DNA from: a virus
Virus record (IMG/VR): IMGVR_UViG_3300024262_000015
Coordinates: 1 to 64,000 of that record
Reading direction: 5' to 3' (one strand)
DNA length: 64,000 bases
Numbering within the stretch: the stretch's first letter is position 1; each line of letters starts with the position of its first letter. Both the position numbers and the translations under genes were made by a program. The notes under the pieces are model-generated. The model was not told where the DNA came from and made no database searches. It saw only the letters and a program-made list of their open reading frames with translations. This document shows positions 29,708 to 39,280 of the stretch, piece by piece.

Positions 29708-30295
29708 ATGAAAATACTTGGCCTTGATGTGAGTTCTACAACCATTGGAGTGGCTTTATTAGACTGCAATTCTAAAAAAGCTACGCTGGTTGTGGGATCC
29801 TATTACAAGCCCCCAAAAGGAAAAAGAACAATTTATGAACGCCTATCTGAAACCAAAGCATCAGTAAAAAAATGGGTAGACGGGTATCAACCAGACTTTA
29901 TAGTTATTGAAGATATCTTATTATATATGGGAGGAAAAAAGGGCAGAAGAAAGTCTAATGCCCAAACAATTACCACCCTAGCTATTTGGAATAGGATGGT
30001 AGGCCTGACCTCTTTTGAGGCTTCTGGGAAGAATCCCTATTTGTTATCAGTGGAAGAAATACGCAAAATCCTTAAGCTCGATAAACACATACCTAAAAAA
30101 GAAGAGATGCCTGAATTGGTAGCAAAACATCTAGGAATGGACTTTCCTTGGGTTAAGTATTATAATATAAAAAAAAAGCTAGCTAATCGTAAAGAAAACT
30201 TTGATATAGCTGACGCTGTAGCGGTGGCTTTAGCTTTTTATAAAAAAGGGATGAATGATGACGGGTTCGCAGGCTTTCCAGGTTTTAGGAATTGA
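29708..30295 (+). CDS. ruvC: RuvC-like Holliday junction resolvase
   Basis: ILGLDVSSTTIG, IVIED, DIADAVAVA. Confidence 0.85.
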   Translation: MKILGLDVSSTTIGVALLDCNSKKATLVVGSYYKPPKGKRTIYERLSETKASVKKWVDGYQPDFIVIEDILLYMGGKKGRRKSNAQTITTLAIWNRMVGLTSFEASGKNPYLLSVEEIRKILKLDKHIPKKEEMPELVAKHLGMDFPWVKYYNIKKKLANRKENFDIADAVAVALAFYKKGMNDDGFAGFPGFRN

Positions 30296-31190
30296 TTCCT
30301 CTGCCTCTCCAGAAGAAATTAAAAAAGCCTTCAGAAAGAAGGCTGCTATATTACATCCTGATAGAAATAAGGCAGAAAATGCCGAAGATCAATTTAAAGA
30401 ATTAAATGAAGCTTATAGAGTGGCCTCGGCCCCTCCTGAAGCCTTTGGGATGAAGGACTTTTTTCAAAACGAAGGAGACTTTGCTTATAACGTTGAAGAT
30501 GTTTTTCGACAGTTTTTTGATCCTCCACAAGGCAATGATACGAAGCGTGTACGGTTTTGGAGCCAATCTCAAAGGCCCACCAAGATAGGTCTCACGCTTG
30601 AAGAGGCCGCAAACGGATGCAGAAAATCCGTTTCACTTCCTGGTACCCAATGTGAAAAGTGCCATGGTTCCGGACAAGAAGCCAGACACCAAGAGTGTCA
30701 GAGATGTGGAGGAAAAGGAAAGCAAGGAGAGCATTATTGCGCTACGTGTTCAGGACAAGGCCAAGTAGCTTATAGGGCTCGCTGTAGTGAATGCGTAAAC
30801 CAAAAGGGGTCTACTGTGGAAATAAACTTTCCCTCAGGAATTAGTCAGGGTTGGAAAGTACAAATTAATGGGCAGGTGGTTGTAGTCTACTTGTTACCCC
30901 ACTCTGAATTAAAAACTGACGGAGTAAATATTTTCTCTGTTTGTGAACTTACTTTACTGGAAGCATTAAAAGGTTGCACTAAAGAAGTTAAAACAGTCAA
31001 GGGAAAAAAGAAACTAAAGATCCCAGAGAGAAGAAAACAAGGAGATGATGTTGTTGCTTTTGAGCTAGGGTTAACTAAACAAGGCAAACATATCTTTAAG
31101 ATGGATATAGTTTATCCAGAAGATTTATCTAAAGTTATAGAGGCTTTAGAGAGTGATAGTTTAAACAAAGAGGAAAAAGATGGCATTTAG
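30255..31190 (+). CDS. dnaJ: DnaJ-type co-chaperone
   Basis: J domain with HPD, CxxCxGxG repeats, C-terminal LTLLEALKG domain. Confidence 0.92.
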   Translation: MMTGSQAFQVLGIDSSASPEEIKKAFRKKAAILHPDRNKAENAEDQFKELNEAYRVASAPPEAFGMKDFFQNEGDFAYNVEDVFRQFFDPPQGNDTKRVRFWSQSQRPTKIGLTLEEAANGCRKSVSLPGTQCEKCHGSGQEARHQECQRCGGKGKQGEHYCATCSGQGQVAYRARCSECVNQKGSTVEINFPSGISQGWKVQINGQVVVVYLLPHSELKTDGVNIFSVCELTLLEALKGCTKEVKTVKGKKKLKIPERRKQGDDVVAFELGLTKQGKHIFKMDIVYPEDLSKVIEALESDSLNKEEKDGI

Positions 31191-31668
31191 GATTTATTGT
31201 TCGAATATGGTAGAAGGAAAAAGGTGTAACAAGGAAATGGAGCCCACCATAGATCCTGCTACTGATGTTGTTTTTTGCGATTGTGGTAAAGAGTTAGAAG
31301 ACCAAGACGCCATCACCGTTTTCGCTCGCCGCCAAATGAAGGTTCTCAAACAAACCAATGTTCATGCTAAAATGCAAGCCAAAGTAAAGCAAAGCAATGA
31401 ATTCCTGGAAAAAATTCGAGAACGCCAAAAGCAGGCTTCAAAAGCGGCCAATCCTCAACGCCCTAAGTTTACCTCAGATGCTGATATTAATCAGTTTGCA
31501 GCACCTACCGAAGCTGCAGTTCCATTAGCAGACCTTAAGACCTTCCTAAATAATGATGTTAATGTAATTTCTTCCGAGCAGGTAGAACAAGAAAGTCTAG
31601 ATACTCCGTTACCTTCCGAAGAACGACCTTCTTTTGTAATTCCCCGCTCCAAAGGTTCTAATGAATGA
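31180..31668 (+). CDS. Zn-ribbon hypothetical protein
   Basis: YCSN...C...FCDCG. Confidence 0.65.
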   Translation: MAFRIYCSNMVEGKRCNKEMEPTIDPATDVVFCDCGKELEDQDAITVFARRQMKVLKQTNVHAKMQAKVKQSNEFLEKIRERQKQASKAANPQRPKFTSDADINQFAAPTEAAVPLADLKTFLNNDVNVISSEQVEQESLDTPLPSEERPSFVIPRSKGSNE

Positions 31669-32462
31669 ACGGCTTTGACACCATAATTGAAGGAGCAAAT
31701 TATATTCTCTATAATGATGAAAGCGCAAAATCAGCATTAGAATATTTAGATAAAAGAATTCCTAGGTCTATACAAAGAACCTTTAAGTTTGGATTCCTTC
31801 CATTATTTAAAGACCGAAAAACAATATTATCATTAGTAAGTCAACAAGACCTAGAAGAGTCTAAGATTTTTGTAAATTACAATAATGAATGGAGGAGCAT
31901 ATTTGATACCCATCAGCTTGTATTCCCTTACTCTAATTGTTTTGGAGAAACATTAGGAATAGTCGGACGAACGTTATTAAGCCAAAAGATTCAGAAAGAT
32001 CGTAAAATATCTAAATACAAAAACTCATTTAATTTATTAAAATTCCTTCATTTATTTGGCTTAGATAAAGCTATTCCAGAAATAATAAAAACCAATAATG
32101 TTTTTATTGTAGAGGGCCAGTTTGATGCCATGACCTGTATTAAAGAAGGCCTGACAAACACGGTTGCTTTAGGAGGGTCAAAAATAAGTATAATTCAATT
32201 TTTTAAACTATTAAGATATACAAACAACCTTTCTTTTATTTTAGATAATGATAATGCGGGCCATGAGGCAACAAATAAAATCAGGGAGAAATTTGGGTCT
32301 TCAGCTAACATTCGCTTCATTAATTTGCCTGCTGGATATAAAGATATTGATGAATGTTTAAGAAAATATAATAAAAAAGATAGCTTTATCGCCTTTCTTA
32401 AGAGCTTGCAACAAGGAGAAAATGAAAAAGAATCGTTCAGATCGTTATCAAAATATGTTTAA
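31665..32462 (+). CDS. dnaG: DnaG-type primase catalytic core (TOPRIM), lacking the Zn finger
   Basis: ALEYL..R, FKFGF, LVFP, GRTL, KYKNS, IVEGQFDA, VALGG, LDNDNAG, KDIDE. Confidence 0.9.
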   Translation: MNGFDTIIEGANYILYNDESAKSALEYLDKRIPRSIQRTFKFGFLPLFKDRKTILSLVSQQDLEESKIFVNYNNEWRSIFDTHQLVFPYSNCFGETLGIVGRTLLSQKIQKDRKISKYKNSFNLLKFLHLFGLDKAIPEIIKTNNVFIVEGQFDAMTCIKEGLTNTVALGGSKISIIQFFKLLRYTNNLSFILDNDNAGHEATNKIREKFGSSANIRFINLPAGYKDIDECLRKYNKKDSFIAFLKSLQQGENEKESFRSLSKYV

Positions 32463-32856
32463 TGAAATCTCCTATAGCCAAGAAATGTTGGCTGACTTTG
32501 CAATAGAAGCAGGCCTCACTGCTAAATTAAATTCTTATAATGAAGCATTGCTTGAATTAAAATCTCAATTACGGCGAGAACTTTGGCGGCTGGTAGATAC
32601 AGCGTTGACTCCTCGACAACGGCAAGTAATTAGACTTTATGCCCAAGGCTATACTCAGACGGAGATAGCTAAAATGCTTAATGTAAATCAGTCTAGCATT
32701 ACCAAATCTATCAATGGAAATTGTGATTACAGAAATGGAAAAAAGGTTTACGGTGGTGCTAGAAAAAAACTTAGGAAGTTAGCAGAAAAAGATCAAAAGA
32801 TTCAAGGACTAATTAAAAAGATGGTAGAACTGTCTGATGACGATATTTACTCCTAA
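32422..32856 (+). CDS. Stand-alone sigma70 region-4/LuxR-type HTH transcription factor
   Basis: LTPRQRQVIRLYAQGYTQTEIAKMLNVNQSSITK; AAGGAG RBS; no region 2 recognisable. Confidence 0.8.
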   Translation: MKKNRSDRYQNMFNEISYSQEMLADFAIEAGLTAKLNSYNEALLELKSQLRRELWRLVDTALTPRQRQVIRLYAQGYTQTEIAKMLNVNQSSITKSINGNCDYRNGKKVYGGARKKLRKLAEKDQKIQGLIKKMVELSDDDIYS

Positions 32857-32899
32857 AAAGCTAATTATTGTAAGGCTACAGGAAGAGCTATATATACGT

Positions 32900-32944
32900 A
32901 ATATAGATACATATAAATGCAGGGCTTAGGAATAACACAGCATA
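32900..32944 (+). promoter_or_regulatory. Two copies of a candidate late-promoter motif AATA-N5-RCATA
   Basis: AATAtagatACATA (32900-32913) and AATAacacaGCATA (32931-32944) in the gap before the head region; similar motifs before other virion genes. Confidence 0.45.
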
Positions 32945-32980
32945 ACAAATGATTCCGGCCTTTTACATGTTGAGGGACAA

Positions 32981-33469
32981 ATGACGCGAATTGTAGGAAG
33001 CGATTTCGAACTAAAAGATTTTGAACAGTTGAATAATAAGATCCACAAAAAAGCATACCGGCTAGAGGATGTTAAGGATAAGATTGAAAAAGTTGCTTTT
33101 GATGTCGTCCGATTTAAAGAGGACGATGATATCAACAACCTTTGGATAGTTCAGTCTACTGATGATGGGGATGTCATCGTGGGGTTATATGAAGACGCCA
33201 AGCTTCCTGAAAAAAAGGCTTCAGAACATGGGTGGTCTGCAGTCCCAGATAATAAAGGTAAAGAAATTAATATTTATTACCGAGGCGAGCCCATTCATAA
33301 AGTACTTCCTTCTAACTTAGGCGTTCCCTCTCATGAAGTTCATACTCTCTCAACTTCAATCAAAAGAAACTTGCAAAAAAGCGCCTCCTATCGAAAATCT
33401 CTTTTAGCAGCGCTTCCCCTACCCACTCAACAGCGTTTCGTTCGGAAGTACCCGGAACTAAAGGAATAG
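32981..33469 (+). CDS. Putative head-region protein
   Basis: HKKAY, EKVAF, EKKAS, QKSAS motifs; first gene after the intergenic promoter region. Confidence 0.7.
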   Translation: MTRIVGSDFELKDFEQLNNKIHKKAYRLEDVKDKIEKVAFDVVRFKEDDDINNLWIVQSTDDGDVIVGLYEDAKLPEKKASEHGWSAVPDNKGKEINIYYRGEPIHKVLPSNLGVPSHEVHTLSTSIKRNLQKSASYRKSLLAALPLPTQQRFVRKYPELKE

Positions 33470-33471
33470 GA

Positions 33472-35082
33472 ATGAATTTTAATGAGTTAAAAGGTGCTCT
33501 TTCAAGCTTGGCTACTGCTTTAGACAGTTCTGAAAAATTCTTTGCTGGAGCATTAGCACAACGAGCCAAAACCGCTGCATTAAAAGACCCTACCGATAGT
33601 TCGGTTTGTACGGCAGCAAAAGTTCTAGGAGATTGGGCTCAGAAAAAGCCTCTTATTACTCGTGCAGAGCTTAACAAGATTTATGACTCTCTTTATTCAA
33701 ATGGAACTGAATTAGGAGAGATTTTTAAACAAGAGCTTAAGCGGCCCGAGCTTCCTGAACCTACCCGAGCAAAACATGCAGAAGAGGAAGTTTACCTTAC
33801 TCAAGCTAATGCTAATACGGGCGATCCTCTTTTAGTCAATGCCTTACAGTCTTTATTGGATAATGAAACGCCACGTTTTTATTCAAAAGATATGGAAAAG
33901 CAAGCTCAGCGCGCCTGCTTAAATAAGCTCAGCAAAATTGCGGTTTACCCAAAAGACATTTCAGTTTTTATTGGTAGCCCAGATTGTATAATTTGTTCTG
34001 CAGCTTTTGAAACCCCTAAAGGAGTGGCTCATGCTTTAGTTCCAGTTCAGTTTAAAGAGAGCATGGCAATTCCTCCCAACATGTTTTTTTCACCAGTAGG
34101 TTTTGTTGACCTAGATAAAAGAGCAATTGATAACCACGTAAGAGCTACAGGGGGAAAATCATATAAGGTAGATGGTAAGCACCTTCTTAAAGTAATTGCT
34201 ACCGCCTCTTCTCCACTTCAAAAGCCTTTAAATAAAGTTGCATTAGCAGCTTATCAAATGAAAACCCAACAAGGCCAACAGACCATGAGTGGAGATTTGG
34301 TTTATGCGTCCATAGATGAACCAGTCCAAGAGATCACTCCTGCTTTTGATTTAAATCAAGAAGAGCTTACGTTTCAAGAACGGCTTAATACGCCAATTGG
34401 AATTGCTCAACATCTTCATGGTAAGCAAATTGTTGAAGCCGCTTATAATTCAGTTTTAAATAAATTAGCTCTTTATAAGTACAGCAATCCTCAAATCTCT
34501 TTGCAAAATGTAAAAGAAGACTCACTAGAGTTTGCTGTTTCTTTGGATGGCAATCAGGGAGTTTTAGTTCCTGTTAAGGTTTCTAATGGACTAGTTGTTC
34601 CTCCAAAAATTGCCATAGCTTCGGGCAAAATTGCAGCCTTTACTCCTGGTGGGCTAAGGCAACTCACTGCTGGAAAAACTGACGGCAGAGTAATGGCAAA
34701 AGCCTCTGCTGCTTATGGATCAAAGCCTCAAGAAGTCTTTGGGCTTTTTGAGAAAGCACTCTTAGAAAATAAAATATCTGTGGCTGAAGAACTCATTAAT
34801 GTTCTATCTACTCAGGATATTGGACTTTACCGCCAAGCTGTAAAGAAGATAGGCAAACATTTTTCTGGAGAACTGGTTAAAGAAGCCTCCGAAGAATCCA
34901 TTACTAAATGCTCTTTTGTTATGAACCACGCTCATTCTACTGAATCTTTGTGTGGACACTTGAATTTGCCTTTAACCAAAGTATACCAAGATGATAATGG
35001 TGATTGCCGGCCTCTTTATCGAAAAGGCATGAAAGACGCAACTGACCCTGTAGCTTTCATTAATTATCGGATGTATCTTTAA
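33472..35082 (+). CDS. Putative head-region protein with duplicated beta domain and C-terminal Cys/His cluster
   Basis: Two LVPV...PP units; LVKEAS then C...CGH...C. Confidence 0.7.
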   Translation: MNFNELKGALSSLATALDSSEKFFAGALAQRAKTAALKDPTDSSVCTAAKVLGDWAQKKPLITRAELNKIYDSLYSNGTELGEIFKQELKRPELPEPTRAKHAEEEVYLTQANANTGDPLLVNALQSLLDNETPRFYSKDMEKQAQRACLNKLSKIAVYPKDISVFIGSPDCIICSAAFETPKGVAHALVPVQFKESMAIPPNMFFSPVGFVDLDKRAIDNHVRATGGKSYKVDGKHLLKVIATASSPLQKPLNKVALAAYQMKTQQGQQTMSGDLVYASIDEPVQEITPAFDLNQEELTFQERLNTPIGIAQHLHGKQIVEAAYNSVLNKLALYKYSNPQISLQNVKEDSLEFAVSLDGNQGVLVPVKVSNGLVVPPKIAIASGKIAAFTPGGLRQLTAGKTDGRVMAKASAAYGSKPQEVFGLFEKALLENKISVAEELINVLSTQDIGLYRQAVKKIGKHFSGELVKEASEESITKCSFVMNHAHSTESLCGHLNLPLTKVYQDDNGDCRPLYRKGMKDATDPVAFINYRMYL

Positions 35083-35089
35083 AGGAAAC

Positions 35090-36433
35090 ATGAACGAAGC
35101 ATCTCATAAATTGTTAGAACTCGCCCGTGCTGTAAGAACAGAGTCTTCCAAAATCTTAGCTGAAGCTGAAGGAAGTTCTGAATACCCAACTCTATTAGCC
35201 TCCTTGGCTTCTTCCGTAGACTTTTTGGAAGAGCAAGCTGCTAGTCTGGGCCCAAAAACTTCCGCTAAAGAGCGCCTAGATGCTCTGGTAGCATTGGCCA
35301 ATGTCTTTGATGAAAGCCGTGATACCGTCTTAATGAAGTATGCTGCTGTTTTAGATGATATAATTCTTGAAGAGGGTTTAAAAAAAAAAGAGGCGCAGTA
35401 TAGCAAATATAACTTCCCCGAAGGATTTAACCAACTTAAAGAACGATTAGAAAAAGAAAAGGTCCAAAAGCCGGCCGCTAATGACTGGGAGGCTATAGAT
35501 AAAATTCGCCACACCGATAGAACTCAAGAAAGAGAAAATAACTACGGTGGCGCTTATAAAAAGCAAGTTGATTTCGAACGTCATCCAGAAAAAGTTAAAA
35601 AGCAATATGAGGAGCAGGTCTTAAATTATCGACCCCTCCAAATGCCTTTAAGCACTCGCACCTGTCCTGATCATCCTGGTGCTCAAATGATGCGTGTAGC
35701 GGACAATACCTACCAGTGCTCTCTTGATCATCGTATCTATCCCTGGCAACAAGGATTTGTGACCTATAAGGGCAATGTCGTTCCTGGTGGTGATTTAGCT
35801 AACCAAATTAAAGATTGGGATTCAGGAGTGGGTCATTACCTCTTTCAAACCCGTGAATCTAAGTTAACGAGCGCTTCAGATATAAGTAGTCCTTTTACTA
35901 AAAAAGCTAACGAAGTCACACCAGAACAGGCATCTAAAGCTTGGGAAGATCTTAAGCCGGGCATTAAAGGAGTTGATAATGTCCAAACAAAAATTGATAT
36001 TGTACAAAAATTTTTGGACCAAAACAAAGGAGAAGGTCACAGGATTAATTTAGATATTGCTTCGGTAGATGATTCAGATAAAGAACTAGAAGAAGAATCC
36101 CTTTCTATGGAACAATATGTTTATCTAACTAATACAGGCAAAGAAGTTCTTAAAGAAGGTGAAACCGAAGAAAAGTTTCCTGATACACCTGCGATTAGGG
36201 CCATGGAGGATCATGGGTGGAAAATGAGTCTAGAAGGACTCATTGATATTTTAAATGATAATAAACCTAAAGACTATCCAGAATATAATGAGGCCAAAAT
36301 TACTGAAGAACTTAATGGACGCAGAGAAGACGATCCATTCTTCACTTTCGGGCCTAATCCAGATGAAGGGGAAAAAGAAAGCTCAGAAACAAGAGCCAAG
36401 AAAGACAGAGATGCCGAGGAGGGCGTTTGGTAG
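35090..36433 (+). CDS. Putative head-region protein with Zn-ribbon-like motif
   Basis: PLSTRTCPDHPG...YQCSLDH; KKEAQ and TKKAN at junctions. Confidence 0.7.
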   Translation: MNEASHKLLELARAVRTESSKILAEAEGSSEYPTLLASLASSVDFLEEQAASLGPKTSAKERLDALVALANVFDESRDTVLMKYAAVLDDIILEEGLKKKEAQYSKYNFPEGFNQLKERLEKEKVQKPAANDWEAIDKIRHTDRTQERENNYGGAYKKQVDFERHPEKVKKQYEEQVLNYRPLQMPLSTRTCPDHPGAQMMRVADNTYQCSLDHRIYPWQQGFVTYKGNVVPGGDLANQIKDWDSGVGHYLFQTRESKLTSASDISSPFTKKANEVTPEQASKAWEDLKPGIKGVDNVQTKIDIVQKFLDQNKGEGHRINLDIASVDDSDKELEEESLSMEQYVYLTNTGKEVLKEGETEEKFPDTPAIRAMEDHGWKMSLEGLIDILNDNKPKDYPEYNEAKITEELNGRREDDPFFTFGPNPDEGEKESSETRAKKDRDAEEGVW

Positions 36434-37176
36434 ATGTTGGAAAATTTACTAAAATTCTCAGGCACCCACAAAAAGATTATATACTAAGCGAGCTTCTGAG
36501 CGGTACTTCTCCAGAAAAAGTTAGCGAATTCTTAAGCGTTAAATATTCCGGAGATAAATCTAGAATTGTAGGCAAATCCCTTCTCAGAGAGTTTAGGGAT
36601 GACCACCTTGATCAATATAAATTTCTTAAAAAGGTTATTAAAGGTAGTGCCGAATACGACCGCAACTTAGCAGAATCACTACTCAAAAATGATGTCTGGA
36701 AAACGCGCTTAGCCAGCTTTGTTGATGATGAACTAGATATCAAAAAGAAGACTGTTGATCTAATTAAAATAGTCGAAAGCCGTGTAGAACAGGTCTTTGA
36801 TAAAATTCAACAAGACCCTGGAAATTACAAGGGCGACTATGTTTTAATTAAATGGTTTGAGCTATTATTTAATGCTTTAGAGAAATTAGATAAGTTTGTT
36901 AATGGAGCGGGTGATACTATCATACAAAATAACATAACGGTTCAGATGGTTGAGCAACATTCATTGGCCTTTCAAAAAGCTATTACTGAAGTTCTTACAG
37001 AGTTTGATCCTGTCATATCTACACAATTTTTAGATCTTTTAGCCACCAAGTTACAGACCCTGGCTCCTCCTCAAATAGAAGCACCTGTCCAGCATAATTT
37101 GACAATTGAAGAGAAACGTAAGGAATTAAATAAGGTTATAGCCACCTTTGAGGATGAAGAAAATGAGGAAGATTAA
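36427..37176 (+). CDS. HTH + helical protein, possible terminase small subunit
   Basis: HP.KDYI...L.SG.S.EKV HTH-like N-terminus; helical core; NNITVQ strand; upstream of TerL. Confidence 0.4.
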   Translation: MVDVGKFTKILRHPQKDYILSELLSGTSPEKVSEFLSVKYSGDKSRIVGKSLLREFRDDHLDQYKFLKKVIKGSAEYDRNLAESLLKNDVWKTRLASFVDDELDIKKKTVDLIKIVESRVEQVFDKIQQDPGNYKGDYVLIKWFELLFNALEKLDKFVNGAGDTIIQNNITVQMVEQHSLAFQKAITEVLTEFDPVISTQFLDLLATKLQTLAPPQIEAPVQHNLTIEEKRKELNKVIATFEDEENEED

Positions 37177-39280
37177 TGATTATTTCAATAAGCAAATGGA
37201 AGCTCATGGGCCTTCCCTTCCTCGACATCTGTTAGAATCTTTTACGAGAGAGGCAGAAGTAATGTCTGAATTGGGAGTTAAGTGCCCAGAAGACCAGTCT
37301 CTTTATTTTGCTTTATCTCAACACGTTCCAGTTATTTTAAAAGAAATTGCAGCCGGGAACTTTGAAAAACAAGTAGCTAATTGTATTTGTGATGTTTTTC
37401 AAAAAAGAAAAGAACTTCCATTAAATAACTTAAGAGAATGGTTTTATTCCGTATCTAAAGTAGGAGACAAGCTAGGCATACCACTAAATTCAGGGGCAAA
37501 ACAGCTTCTTATAAGTGGGCCAACATTGCAAACAAAAAAGGAAATGATGGACAAAACAGCTTACCCTCAAGGCTCCATAGGAAAATATGTTCCTCCTCCC
37601 TATAATGTTTATAAGTGGGTTGAAGCCAGTCAGTCCTTACACATTCTAACCACCAAAATAGGCTTTAATGATGCGTTCGCCCAAGTTACTCAAGCTTGGA
37701 AAAATGATGAAATAGAAAGCTTTCAATACTGGCTAAGATTTTATGGCTCTGGCGAAGAAGTAAAGTACAAACTAGCTCAAGCCCAAATTCCTATAAACCA
37801 ATTGCGAAGTTCTCTACCACCCTCTACCATTTATCCTCCTCACATTCAGTCCCAGCAAGCAGCCCCGGCCCCCTCTTGTGTTATTGAACATACCCCTAAT
37901 GCTCGACCAATGTCTCCCGTACAGGTACAGTCTTTACGAGTTAAGATTGAAAACCAACGTCAGAAAATAATAAGTCGCTTAAATGCAGCCGAACGTTTGC
38001 TTACTACTCCTGAAGGCCAAATTTTTTGTGGAAACAGTTTAGGAGAGTGTTTAAAAATTCTCCATGAACTTAAACTTAAAATTCAAACGGCCCAAAAAAT
38101 AAGCGTGTCTTCAACTTTATTTGAAGATTTCATTTATCGAACAGCTAATTTATTAAAAGCCTCTGGACGCCCTAAGCTAGGTAACTTTTTTGTTAAAGTA
38201 GCACAAGCCCAAATTCCTGCCTCGCCTCCAGATGCAGCCCCTCCCTCAGACCCAGCAGCCACACCTGCTGGCCCTGGTATGGACGCCACCTTTCCTCCTA
38301 TGGAAGGAGACATGGGGCTAGAAGGAGAGGGTGCCTTTGCAGATGAGGAGCCAATGGATAAGGCACCTTCGGAATCTGAGGAAGAAAGCAAAAGCGATGT
38401 AGCCTCTAATACTAAAGGTGCTAATAAAGAGTTTTTTGCCAATCTTGAATCAGGTCCGGATATGTCTTTGCTTGATGACGAAGATACTCCCAGAAAACGC
38501 CATAAAAAAGCTGATATCGAAGTTACGGCTCAAGCTTTATTGCCCGGCCAAACCCAAAATGTTCCAACCCCTGTTCCTGCACGCGCCCCTCTTGCTGCAC
38601 CCGCTCCCCCACCGGACATTCAGGTTTCTGCACCGGCCGAAGAGGTTGTGGTTACTGAAACGGCTCCACTCCCCGGTGAAGAAGAAATAGTCGTAACAGA
38701 AACTCCTCCTGGTGAAGTAGATGAAGCTTTAGAGGCGGTTCTTTCTTCGGTTACTATTGAAGACGTACTTGAACGATTAGAAGAAGTCGAAGGAGAATTT
38801 AAACGTCGCGACACTGCAAGAAAACTTTCTATTATCGATCTTATGATGAATCGTCTTGGGATTGTTGGATTCTTCCCATCTTTAGGAGAATCAATGGGCA
38901 AGGCTTTAGAAGCAAACCAATACATCAGCACTCGCCTAGAAGACATCACCTCTCGTATCCGGGCTGCTGTAGAAGAAACTCAACAAACAGGACACCAGCC
39001 AAAGGTTCTTACTCCAGAAGCTAAAGCCTTGAGAAAAGAGTTCGATAGACAAGATGATATTGCTAACCTTCGACGTGAAAAGCGCCGAGCAAAAGAAGAT
39101 AAAAAGCTGTTGGGACCCGAAGCCGGACCCACAATGGAACAGCTTCAATCTGAACTTGCTCAACCCCTTAATGTAGAGGCCCCACCCGCTCCTCCAATTA
39201 ATCCCGGTGAACATGTGGCAACAGTTCCAATGACCGCTGCCCAAATAGCTCCACCGCCTGCACCAGTACCAGGAGCATAA
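37148..39280 (+). CDS. Large Pro-rich putative internal head protein
   Basis: DKTAY, YKLAQ, VKVAQ and HKKAD separate helical and low-complexity segments. Confidence 0.7.
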   Translation: MRMKKMRKINDYFNKQMEAHGPSLPRHLLESFTREAEVMSELGVKCPEDQSLYFALSQHVPVILKEIAAGNFEKQVANCICDVFQKRKELPLNNLREWFYSVSKVGDKLGIPLNSGAKQLLISGPTLQTKKEMMDKTAYPQGSIGKYVPPPYNVYKWVEASQSLHILTTKIGFNDAFAQVTQAWKNDEIESFQYWLRFYGSGEEVKYKLAQAQIPINQLRSSLPPSTIYPPHIQSQQAAPAPSCVIEHTPNARPMSPVQVQSLRVKIENQRQKIISRLNAAERLLTTPEGQIFCGNSLGECLKILHELKLKIQTAQKISVSSTLFEDFIYRTANLLKASGRPKLGNFFVKVAQAQIPASPPDAAPPSDPAATPAGPGMDATFPPMEGDMGLEGEGAFADEEPMDKAPSESEEESKSDVASNTKGANKEFFANLESGPDMSLLDDEDTPRKRHKKADIEVTAQALLPGQTQNVPTPVPARAPLAAPAPPPDIQVSAPAEEVVVTETAPLPGEEEIVVTETPPGEVDEALEAVLSSVTIEDVLERLEEVEGEFKRRDTARKLSIIDLMMNRLGIVGFFPSLGESMGKALEANQYISTRLEDITSRIRAAVEETQQTGHQPKVLTPEAKALRKEFDRQDDIANLRREKRRAKEDKKLLGPEAGPTMEQLQSELAQPLNVEAPPAPPINPGEHVATVPMTAAQIAPPPAPVPGA

